64,000 bases of DNA from assembly GCA_025934495.1 (NCBI GenBank), contig JAICXY010000001.1, positions 1,320-65,319 on the forward strand, given 5' to 3'. The position numbers were made by a program, and so were the translations under genes. Of this stretch, positions 54,875 to 64,000 are shown piece after piece. Each line of letters begins with the position of its first letter. Positions within the stretch are counted from its first letter, which is position 1. This DNA is from Candidatus Nitrosocosmicus sp. (GTDB taxonomy: Archaea > Thermoproteota > Nitrososphaeria > Nitrososphaerales > Nitrososphaeraceae). The notes beneath the pieces are model-generated. The model was not told where the DNA came from, did no database searches, and was given only the letters and a program-made list of their open reading frames with translations.

Positions 54875-55360
54875 TTGTGTACATTGAAAATTATACAAGC
54901 TATTCCAAGCATATCAAATCCAGTCACAGAGGCTGAAGTTAACAATTTTCTTGAAAGCAAACTCAACATGCAGTTGGCTACAATAGACGAGGAAGGATAT
55001 CCCATCATTCAACCTATTTGGTTTCTATATGACAAAGAAACTGGCAAGATTTTTATGTCTACTCAAAAAACTTCGAAGAAGGCTCGCAACCTATATAGAA
55101 ATCCCGATAAAATTTATTTTTCTATAGACGATGAGAACTTTCCCTATAAAGGTGTGAAGGGAAGAGCGATAGCAAAAATATCTGAAGATGTAGATTGGAA
55201 CATACCGATTGTCGAAAAAATAAATATAAAATACTTGGGTACTCTTAACCACCCTCTTGCCAATTTGATAATGGATAATACAAGAAAAGCTATGCAGATT
55301 GTAATTGAAATTATACCCAAGTTTTTCTCTGCCTGGGATAATGGGAAGGCGATGACGTAG
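54875..55360 (+). CDS. Pyridoxamine 5'-phosphate oxidase-like (split-barrel) protein
   Basis: LATIDEEGYP.IQPIWF, K..NL.RNP, SIDD and GV..R.A motifs. Confidence 0.88.
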   Translation: MCTLKIIQAIPSISNPVTEAEVNNFLESKLNMQLATIDEEGYPIIQPIWFLYDKETGKIFMSTQKTSKKARNLYRNPDKIYFSIDDENFPYKGVKGRAIAKISEDVDWNIPIVEKINIKYLGTLNHPLANLIMDNTRKAMQIVIEIIPKFFSAWDNGKAMT

Positions 55361-56691
55361 TATTAAATCCTGTCTAATATGACGGTAATATAAAATGACG
55401 TATTGCCTTGAATTAAAGTGAATATTGTAGATTTATGATTTTAGATAGAAATAATTATTTATCAAAACTATTCTATCATTAACGTTTAAAAAAAATCAAC
55501 TGTTGATGTCGATGACTTGCTATTATTTATTTTGTCACCTCAAATAAACAGAGAAAGAAGGATCAATTAAAGAAGACATAACAGAAATAGCAAAAGATCA
55601 ACAAGACTAAATTCCTTAAACCGAGGAGTTATACCGTGATTATATTAAAGGAAAACAATCTCAGCAATTAGAACTTGATAGATTAACATATTAAAAGCCT
55701 ATATAGTCATGATGGAGTATCCTGAAAAAATAGCAACAATCTATAAAAATATTAGGTCATTATGGATTGTTTCAAGATTATTATGTTTAGATATATGCAA
55801 GTATTAATCGATTGAAGACATAGAACATTTATTATTTATGACTTTAGCAGTTGGAGCTTTATACTATACTGGTGAAACTATTATCTTGGGTTTCAAAGAT
55901 GTATGTGATGACATGATTTTTTGCACCGCGGACAATTCATTCTATCTGTATACTTACAACCACAATAGGATGAGTGATAGAATCTTTTAAAGTCGTTGTA
56001 GATTCTTTAATGCCACTACAAAATGGACATATAGTGTTAGTTATTAACGTGATACTAGTCTATCACTACACATTTAACATCTTTTCATTTCTTTAATTTT
56101 ATATCTATATTACTGATAAACTCTTCTTGTGTAGTTGGGTATTGTCTTCTCTGGGGTGCCATATGCAATATCCAAATAATTTTCTTAAACTAGAGGCAGT
56201 GTCTAAAAATCTCTAATGCGAAAATACGTAAAGTAACAATAGGTAAGAGAGAGAAAACTTCATGATAGCAAAGGAAAATAAGAAGATATAATGGAGAAAA
56301 AAAATACACGTTTTTAAATAATTTATACATTGAAAATTATGAAATTGAAATTTAAAATTATAATCTCTTCACTGTTAATAATCACTGCAATAAGCCTTGG
56401 AGCAGCAAGTATGAGTATCTCTATCGTATCAGATCTATTCTTTTACCATTTACATTTAATATATTGAACGGGATCTGAAACCTGAATTTAGATTGACTCT
56501 TTAAATAGGTAAACGATAATTATTAAATTAAATACAGATATACATCCTTTAACGTTCACGATTGATGATCAGATTTACAGTTAGATAATGCAAGTGGATT
56601 TGATCTCGGACTTGATAAATAAATATACAGCTAAATCTCAAATACTATGGAGAGCAAAAAATATAGATATTAAAAACCATTCATTGCTATA

Positions 56692-57216
56692 ATGCGAATT
56701 TCAACAGAAATGACAAAAGCAATTAATGATCAAATTTCTTATGAGGCGTCATCTGCGAATGCCTATATTGCAATCGGATCATGGTGTGAAAGAACAGGAT
56801 ATGATGGAAGTGCCTCCTTCTTCTTTGAACAAGCTGCAGAAGAAAATGGACATATGCTAAAGTTCCTTCATTATCTTAATGGTGTTGGAGCAGAGGCGAT
56901 AATCCCAGCAATTGAAAAACCTCCAAGTAGTTTTGAATCCTTAGAATCAACTTTCCAATTTGGCCTAAAGGGCGAACAAACTGTAACTAAGGCAATTTAT
57001 GATCTAGTTGAGATGACTGAAAAGGAAAAAGACCGTTCTACATACTCATTCTTGCAGTGGTTTATAATCGAACAAATAGAAGAGGAAACGTTGTTTCAAA
57101 CAATTCTCCAAAAGTTTGATTTACTTGGAAAAGACAAGCTGGCCATATATCAAATTGACCAATCGCTTGCATCTGTTAGATCTAAGGTTACAGATAAGCA
57201 GATAAATCGGCAATGA
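56692..57216 (+). CDS. ftnA: Non-heme ferritin
   Basis: E..S.NAY, EE..H.LK, EQ.VT..I and FLQWFI.EQ.EEE ferroxidase-centre residues. Confidence 0.92.
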   Translation: MRISTEMTKAINDQISYEASSANAYIAIGSWCERTGYDGSASFFFEQAAEENGHMLKFLHYLNGVGAEAIIPAIEKPPSSFESLESTFQFGLKGEQTVTKAIYDLVEMTEKEKDRSTYSFLQWFIIEQIEEETLFQTILQKFDLLGKDKLAIYQIDQSLASVRSKVTDKQINRQ

Positions 57217-57303
57217 TCTTCTATCTACAGCAGAAGAAATTCTTATCTTTTTATTTTTACAGTTTTAATTTAAAAGGTAATGCATTAGTTCCGATATTCC
57301 ATT

Positions 57304-57970
57304 AGATCTTGCATATTACTTGCAAACAGCTTTATTATCAACAGATCTCCATTATCATGTTCTCTTCTTTGTTTTCATACTGTTGTTATCCAGAAAGCCA
57401 CTATTGATTTTCAAATCATTTACCGACCTCAAAGATCCCAAAAAAATATGCCAAACATGAAATACAACGCTTATCCAAAAGAAAAGGATGAAAAAGAGAC
57501 ATGGATGTTGTAGGAAGTTAGACCTTTCAAACTTGATCTAAAGAAAGTTCCTTATGCTTTTGGTATACTACCACCTGTACATACTTACACTCTAGTTGGC
57601 TTTCTCTAACTTATCAAAGCAATATTTGCATGAACATACAAAAGATTGAAAATTTATTAGAAAATGTATTCCTATCCCATAAAAGGTATATATCATAGTG
57701 AAAAGACTTTGAACTACAGAAGAAGTTAAAGAGCATTTTTCCGGGCTTTATGGCTTTAATAGATTCCATAGAACAATAGCAAATACCAAGACCTGTCGAT
57801 AATAATAAAAGAAAGATGGATTATTCGATAGGCAAGAAGAAAAGAGATACTGTAAAGACGAAATTTATGGTTAACAATCATCGTGGTTATATCATTCACA
57901 AAATAAGATTTATGAAATGACGAAGGATGATTACGATGTCTATGATTTGTCGAATAACTATAAAAATCGC
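57304..57970 (+). mobile_element. DDE_Tnp_4-type 5' two-thirds, degraded
   Basis: Degenerate TIR agatcttgcata; SRKPL.FKSFT, RPFKLDLK, CIPIP, FPGFMALIDS.EQ.IPRPVD and GKKKR.TVK. Confidence 0.8.
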
Positions 57971-58129
57971 TTTTCTTGTAAATAAAAGTCAATTTTAATG
58001 CGGTAATACTAATTATTCAAGCGAATTTCTATAAATTTTTTACAAATGTTTGAGTTTTTCAAGAAAGCAGTAATGACTACAATGACCGTACCCATCACAA
58101 AATAATCTTCTGAATACAGAGGCGATCAT

Positions 58130-58609
58130 AAATCAAATATATGAAATAATGACACCTATTTGTAAAATTAATATTGGTAATATCTATTGCAATGACGACG
58201 TATTCGTCTTCAAAATCCTTATCTTTCTTATCCATATCTTTTATCTTTATATCCAAACGATTTATTCTTCTACTTATTGTGGTGTAATCGTGTATATATA
58301 TGGAAGTTTTCCATGGGCATGCTCTTGGGCACTACCAATCTTAGGTTTGTCTATATGGAAGATGAAAGTATATTTTGGCATATCAAAGTAAGAGAAGGAG
58401 AAAGGTATTAGGATAATGAAATGGCGCTTAATTCAACCTTGTCTTTGTCCATCTCTTTTATTTCAATATCCCAGTTATCAATGACATCAAATCCTAGTAA
58501 AATTTCACCACCTCTAACAAGAGATTGATTGTAAACAGACCATTTCATATAATGTCATGGAATATGTTAGCTATATGTATTTGAGAAAGGGGAATCATGC
58601 AACAAAGCA
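58130..58609 (-). mobile_element. IS5 (IS903-like) 5' remnant with intact left TIR
   Basis: aatcatgcaacaaagca (58593-58609) is identical to the MITE TIR; MKWSVYNQSLVRGGEILLGFD, YFHLPYRQT, DYTTISRRINRLDI and VIAID. Confidence 0.88.
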
Positions 58610-58847
58610 GCCGATTAATGTATACGTATCAATACTATTGCACAAGGGCGCTATTGCTACTGATATAAATAAAGAGACCTTGGATGATCTCCAGAAGAAA
58701 AAGCAAGAAGAACAAGTTATACAAATACACAAGATAGCACAACCTGAAGAAGTAGTTAAAGTTGCATTATTTTTAGTATCATCCAGTGCAAGTAATGTTA
58801 CAGATACAACCGTGTATGCAGATGGAGGGCTAACACTTTCCTCATAA
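58610..58847 (+). pseudogene. SDR C-terminal fragment truncated by the IS end
   Basis: GAIATDINK, IAQPEEV.KVALFL.S..AS.VT.TT.YADGG; begins immediately after the TIR. Confidence 0.8.
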
Positions 58848-58962
58848 TCTAAATCCATTTTTAGATATTTCTTCTAATAACGTTATAATTGGAAATATAA
58901 AACTATTTGAATCTACTGTAATAAACAAAAAAAAAGGTTTATCTATAAGAAACAATTTTGAT

Positions 58963-59787
58963 TTATTCTAACTTTCCTTCTGTAAGTGGTTTTATTGGTA
59001 TTTGCCCTTTTCTTATGTTTAATTTTCTAAAAATATCCTTTGATTTACCTGATCCTTTTTCTTCTATGTCTATTCCAAGCTCTTTGTTTATACTATCTTT
59101 TCCCTCTCTTGCTCCAATAAGTATAACTTGTGCATTTAGATAGTTTATAAAATTTGTATCTTTTGTTAAAGATACAAAATTCTCTTCTTGATCAAACTCC
59201 TGTAGTACTTTGTCAGGATAATTTGGTGTTTCTTCTGAACTTGGATAGCCTGATGGAGTTGGCTTTTTAGGATTTATAACCGATATAATATAACTAGCTT
59301 CTTTTTCTATGCCAAATTCTTTTTGAGCTTCGCCTGGTTCTTCTGGAGTTTCTAAAACATATGCGATCTCGGAATGATTTTTATGTCTTACTATAACGTA
59401 CTTACCAAAACCTGCTGGTCTAGCACCATCACCTTTTCTAAATTCGTCTGAAAATAGTTCTTTAGTAAGCTCATTCTTATCCTCAAAAATTCCACCTACT
59501 CTTGCCCAAAAACGTTCAGATGCTCTAGCTTCACTCTTTCTTATTTCAGGAAGTGATTTTTTGCCTATAACTAATAATCTATAGAATTGTTTTTTATCCT
59601 TGCTATTGATATATTTATCTTCAGGTGCGGTTACCATGAAAAATCGTCTAACATCTTCCATGTCTTTCACATTTTGAGAATTCTTTTTAGGTCGATAAAA
59701 AAAGTAAATGTCACCCTCCTCCAAAACTTCCGGATCATGGTTATTACCATTATTGTAATTAACATTATTTTTTTGGTCTTTGCTCAT
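58963..59787 (-). CDS. Conserved hypothetical protein
   Basis: Long clean ORF; LEEGDIYFFYRPK, RLLVIGKKSLP, ARP.G.G.Y and HSEIAYVLE.P motifs. Confidence 0.8.
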   Translation of the reverse strand: MSKDQKNNVNYNNGNNHDPEVLEEGDIYFFYRPKKNSQNVKDMEDVRRFFMVTAPEDKYINSKDKKQFYRLLVIGKKSLPEIRKSEARASERFWARVGGIFEDKNELTKELFSDEFRKGDGARPAGFGKYVIVRHKNHSEIAYVLETPEEPGEAQKEFGIEKEASYIISVINPKKPTPSGYPSSEETPNYPDKVLQEFDQEENFVSLTKDTNFINYLNAQVILIGAREGKDSINKELGIDIEEKGSGKSKDIFRKLNIRKGQIPIKPLTEGKLE

Positions 59788-60057
59788 TTTGTTTTATTTA
59801 TTCTTATAACTTTTATATATTGATAGTTGCAGTTTTACTTTTATTCTAATTTCATTTCTAAAAAACAGGAGTAATATTTATTATAATTGTTATTAGATTA
59901 ACATATCATAGAATTTTTTGTAAACTTTAAGGGGTAAAAAAATAGTTATTCTAATATGAGATATATAGAATATATTTCAATAAAAAATACTGCATATTAA
60001 AAAAATATTCTATCAATTTCTATTTAATGTATACAATTTCTTATCAATTAGAATTTC

Positions 60058-60192
60058 TGCTTTATTGCATAACCCAATTATTTCGTAATTGCATACAGAG
60101 TTCAGTCCAAGTCTAAAATGTCTAATCGGAATTCATAATCTGATAAAAGTCCAATCATTAAAAAACGAATTTCAGAATTATACCACAGAGCA
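60058..60192. mobile_element. MITE, 135 bp
   Basis: Ends tgctttattgcataa / ttataccacagagca (11/15); perfect flanking repeat agaatttc (60050-60057 and 60193-60200); interior homologous to 28908-29043. Confidence 0.8.
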
Positions 60193-60215
60193 AGAATTTC
60201 TTATAATTTATTAAC

Positions 60216-61961
60216 GTGGTTTGTCATTTTCACGTTATGCCTAAAATTGATTTCTCAAAAGAAGAATTGGCAATTATAGATAAAACAGTCGATATCTTGA
60301 CATCAACAACAATTTCAACCTCATCAAAAAATACTGTATTTAAAGATACCAAACAAGAAGATCTGATAAATGAAGATATAAAAGATATCAAATCTTTACA
60401 AATTAAATTACATAACCAATTAGACAAAGAATTCAAGACTCGTTTAGAAGCAGATAGTATGGGCGAAATCAATGTACCTGCCAGTAAATATTGGGCAGCT
60501 CAGACTCAACGCTCACTTCTTCATTTTTCTATCGGAAATGATCGTATGCCTCTTGAAGTAGTCTATGCATTAGCACTTGTAAAAAAATGCGCTGCCATTA
60601 TCAATTCATCCCACATGAAAATAGATGATAATCACAAATTACTATCAAAAGAAAAAGCAGATAATATCATAAAAGCAGCCGATGAAATACTTTCGGGCAA
60701 ACTTGATGAGAACTTTCCTCTGTATGTATGGCAAACAGGCTCAGGTACACAAACAAATATGAATGTTAACGAAGTAATAGCAAACCGTGCAAATGAGATT
60801 TTTACAGATCCTGATTCAGAAAAAAAAATACATCCAAATGATGACGTAAATATGTCACAATCTTCAAATGATACGTTTCCTACTGCAATGCATATCGCAG
60901 CTGCTATAGAGATTGTAGGAAGTCCATTACTAACATTAAGGCCATCAATAATTAACAATACTGATGGTAATAATTTATCCAATATACCTCGAAATAGGAT
61001 ACCATTATTGCAAAGTATTTATAAACTACGAAAAGCTTTAAACGAAAAATCTAAAAATTATGAAAATATAATTAAAGTTGGTAGAACTCATCTACAGGAT
61101 GCTGTCCCTCTAACTTTTGGGCAAGAGATTTCTGGATGGGTAGCTCAACTTGATATTTGCCATAAGTACATCGAACAGGCAGTAGATGGATTATTTGACC
61201 TTGCTATTGGAGGAACAGCAGTAGGAACAGGATTGGATTCTTTTAGTACCTTTGGTGAAGAAATGGCTATACAAATTTCAAAGGAGACTGGTTTGCCTTT
61301 TCGTTCAGCATCGAATAAATTTGCTTCACTTGCAAGTCATGATCCAATAGTCAACATCAGCGGAACATTAAAAACATTAGCATGTACACTTATGAAGATC
61401 GCAAACGATATTCGATGGTTGGCATCAGGTCCTCGTTGTGGTATTGGAGAAATCCGTATTCCTGAAAAAGAACCCGGTTCATCCATAATGCCAGGTAAAG
61501 TCAATCCAACTCAGTGTGAAGCAATGACTATGGTATGCTGTCAGGTAATGGGAAACGATGCTGCAATAGCAATGGCTGGTTCGCAGGGAAATTTTGAACT
61601 AAATGTATTTAAACCTGTTATAATATTTAACCTCCTTCATTCAATACGACTTTTAGCAGATGTTTGCAATACTTTCTGCGATTTTTGTATTAATGATATT
61701 GAATATGTCCAAAAAGATAGTAATAGTCCGAAAGGAATGGAACCAAACGTTGATCGTATGAATGAATTAGTTTCAAATTCATTAATGCTAGTAACTGCTT
61801 TAAAATCAAAGATCGGCTATGAAAAAGCTGCCATGATTGCAAAAAAGGCTTATAAAGAAAACATTACTCTTCGTCAGGCAACTGTTGCATTAGGATATTT
61901 AACTGAGGCCGAATATAATACAATTATAAATCCAGAAGATATGGTTCGACCAAAAATATAA
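60216..61961 (+). CDS. fumC: Class II fumarate hydratase with N-terminal extension and insertions
   Basis: [30 protein letters not shown] and [15 protein letters not shown]. Confidence 0.95.
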   Translation: MVCHFHVMPKIDFSKEELAIIDKTVDILTSTTISTSSKNTVFKDTKQEDLINEDIKDIKSLQIKLHNQLDKEFKTRLEADSMGEINVPASKYWAAQTQRSLLHFSIGNDRMPLEVVYALALVKKCAAIINSSHMKIDDNHKLLSKEKADNIIKAADEILSGKLDENFPLYVWQTGSGTQTNMNVNEVIANRANEIFTDPDSEKKIHPNDDVNMSQSSNDTFPTAMHIAAAIEIVGSPLLTLRPSIINNTDGNNLSNIPRNRIPLLQSIYKLRKALNEKSKNYENIIKVGRTHLQDAVPLTFGQEISGWVAQLDICHKYIEQAVDGLFDLAIGGTAVGTGLDSFSTFGEEMAIQISKETGLPFRSASNKFASLASHDPIVNISGTLKTLACTLMKIANDIRWLASGPRCGIGEIRIPEKEPGSSIMPGKVNPTQCEAMTMVCCQVMGNDAAIAMAGSQGNFELNVFKPVIIFNLLHSIRLLADVCNTFCDFCINDIEYVQKDSNSPKGMEPNVDRMNELVSNSLMLVTALKSKIGYEKAAMIAKKAYKENITLRQATVALGYLTEAEYNTIINPEDMVRPKI

Positions 61962-62443
61962 ACAACTATAGCAGATAATGTTAAATACACATTATCTGAA
62001 TTTAGGTAAACTGTTCCTAATATTATATCTGTTATTGGTTATTACAGTTTGGTTTCAGTTAACAAAAAATTTATTGATTTAACCATTTTATCTTACCTCG
62101 CGTTCAGGAAATAAAATATGTGTATAATATTTGCGTTTGATTATGATTGTATTTTTCATACATTTACTTGGTACGTCATAAAAATTATTTTGACAAATCG
62201 AGCAAAATCACATTTACCTAGCTCCAAATATAAAAGAAGTAAAATCAAGAAAAAAAATTTGATATGAATCCAATTAATAAAGCCCATCAATCATGTCAGA
62301 TCATTATACTTTTTGATATCTATTGTTATTACAAGTGTTTAAGGAAATGTTTTATTTTATGAATCAGGATTTCATATCAAATACACTATTATCTTATCAA
62401 TTATCAAAATCAATCTGATATAATGCAATAAATTATTATTTTA

Positions 62444-63673
62444 TTACATGTTAAAATCATAGTTTAAAAGATCGCAATAAGATAATTTTTCTAAAGTTTT
62501 TTTTTCTCCTTGCTCTATCAGTTCTTTTATAGTTTTAGTGGAAAAATCTGCATTTTTTAGCATTGTAGGGGATTCTAATTCACTTCTGATTATTCTTGTA
62601 ACAGACCTTATTTCAGCGCCATAGTTTTCTATTAAATTATTGTATTCATTTTCTATATTTTTTAATTCTTCAGAATTAATTTTAGCTTTGTCTGTAAATT
62701 TTTCAAATGCATCATAGAGTTTTTCAATAAGGCGAATATGCCGAGTTACCAACTTTGACATTTGTATATTGTACATATCTTTATCACTAAACAAAATATC
62801 TTTATACCGATTGACGACTTCTCCCATGTTTGAAGGAAGCCTATCAATCTTTTGAGGATAATTTTCAACAATAAATATATTTTTATCATTTCTAGGTGAT
62901 ACATAAATTACCTCTCTTATTGGAGTATTACTAAGTAAGCTACCATCCCACCCATATACACCATCTTCAACCTCTACCCAAGGAAATCCATAAATAGGAT
63001 AACCAGAACTTGCCAAAATATGTTTTGCTTTGATTTCCATTTGTGTATTATCAAAAACTAGAGGCTTTCCAGTCATTACATCTACCGCAGTTATTATAAG
63101 TCGAAAAACAGATGGTGATTCTTCTTGTGTGGCAGCAAGGTTTAATTTTTTATAATCTATATATTTATCAAGTGTCTTTGCAAGAGGAGAATGGTCGTAT
63201 ACATAAGTCCAATTTCTGGGATTAAGAGAGTCCCAATCAGGAACAGTATTTATTGCACCGGTATTATTCCACCATTGCCATCTGGGAACAAACATTTTTG
63301 GGACACCAAATATTGCAGCATTTGCTGAAGCAGATGATATTTTCTTGGTTAAATATTTTTTAATTTTAGAATCCCAATCATAAATGAATATATCTGGAAT
63401 AAGCTGGATATTGCTTTCTCCGATCTCGAGCCAAAAATCTTCTAAATCTTTTTCGGGTTGATCGCTTTTACTTCCAACAATGATTGCAGCATTTACTGCC
63501 CCGATAGAAGTTCCGGCAACTATATCTATTCTTACATTTTGTTTTACCAGTGTTTTATAAACGCCGCAGGCAAAAGATCCCAAAGAGCCACCTCCTTGCA
63601 TAATAAGAACATTTTCTAAATTTCTAGATTTTTTATGCCTTGGATGACTTTCCTCGTCTATTATATAACTCAT
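62444..63673 (-). CDS. Patatin-like phospholipase family protein
   Basis: GGGSLG, GTSIG nucleophile elbow and WDG.L.SNTP. Confidence 0.92.
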   Translation of the reverse strand: MSYIIDEESHPRHKKSRNLENVLIMQGGGSLGSFACGVYKTLVKQNVRIDIVAGTSIGAVNAAIIVGSKSDQPEKDLEDFWLEIGESNIQLIPDIFIYDWDSKIKKYLTKKISSASANAAIFGVPKMFVPRWQWWNNTGAINTVPDWDSLNPRNWTYVYDHSPLAKTLDKYIDYKKLNLAATQEESPSVFRLIITAVDVMTGKPLVFDNTQMEIKAKHILASSGYPIYGFPWVEVEDGVYGWDGSLLSNTPIREVIYVSPRNDKNIFIVENYPQKIDRLPSNMGEVVNRYKDILFSDKDMYNIQMSKLVTRHIRLIEKLYDAFEKFTDKAKINSEELKNIENEYNNLIENYGAEIRSVTRIIRSELESPTMLKNADFSTKTIKELIEQGEKKTLEKLSYCDLLNYDFNM

Positions 63674-64000
63674 CTATATCGTACATTATTTTAAAGAGAC
63701 TAAAAATTTTCTTATTTTTCTTATTTCAAAATGTTATACCTTATTAATAAAACTGTGATAGATCTTATATATTAACAAGATTTCAAAATTTGAAATATTG
63801 AAGTAAGAGAAAACAAAGAGAAAAAAGTATACAATATGTAATTTGTAAAAAAATCGATATTTCATTGATTAGATGGATAGAGATTATTGTTATATTTTAT
63901 TGATAATTTAAAAACTAGAGAGAAAGCAATTTTATTTGTTTTCTAAAAGATATAATCTTTCTGTCATTAAATGGTGTGTATATTTATGTATTATATATTA

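Noticed and set aside
8086-60982. Many antisense or overlapping ORFs in the track (e.g. 8947, 9651, 10770, 13116, 20486, 26213, 44298, 45051, 48131, 50514, 60632)
   Set aside because: They are shadows of well-supported genes on the other strand or frame and carry no motifs.
1-64000. CRISPR array, rRNA or tRNA genes
   Set aside because: No regularly spaced repeat-spacer units and no recognisable tRNA or rRNA motifs were seen by eye; a tRNAscan/Infernal run was not possible.

Overview
Very AT-rich archaeal chromosomal DNA, most consistent with an ammonia-oxidising thaumarchaeote of the Nitrososphaeraceae (Ca. Nitrosocosmicus-like). This placement is inferred from an archaeal TFB, aIF1/SUI1, leaderless TATA promoters, thaumarchaeal-type secreted and cupredoxin proteins, and the IS types; it was not checked by search. 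A short housekeeping island (ahcY, 3-methyladenine glycosylase, SUI1, CPBP protease, TFB; about 20-26.6 kb) sits inside accessory DNA. The accessory DNA is rich in stress, redox and detoxification genes: HtrA, PoxB/YdaP-like ThDP enzyme, KGG protein, Hsp20, SDRs, MarR-MFS, Zn-ADH, cytochrome P450, LLM oxidoreductase, PPOX-like protein, ferritin, FumC and patatin. It also holds many pseudogenes the ORF track misses (SOD, Mn-catalase, Ntn/proteasome-beta-like, VOC, GT2, USP, isochorismatase, split haloperoxidase and AKR) and decayed IS of four types (IS903-like IS5, DDE_Tnp_4-type, IS6, IS630). The most notable observations are: (i) three 135-137 bp MITEs sharing ends with the IS903-like element; (ii) a KpnI-centred intergenic motif forming two inward-facing pairs, one bracketing the stress cluster; (iii) a cupredoxin with a Cys->Asp/Met->Asn copper loop; (iv) an orphan P450 lacking the I-helix acid residue, a possible NO reductase; (v) a PRC-barrel-like/RHH regulator fusion; and (vi) a gene set paralleling the bacterial SigB general-stress regulon. 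No rRNA, tRNA or CRISPR array was seen. All family calls are by-eye motif recognition, and boundaries of decayed elements are approximate.
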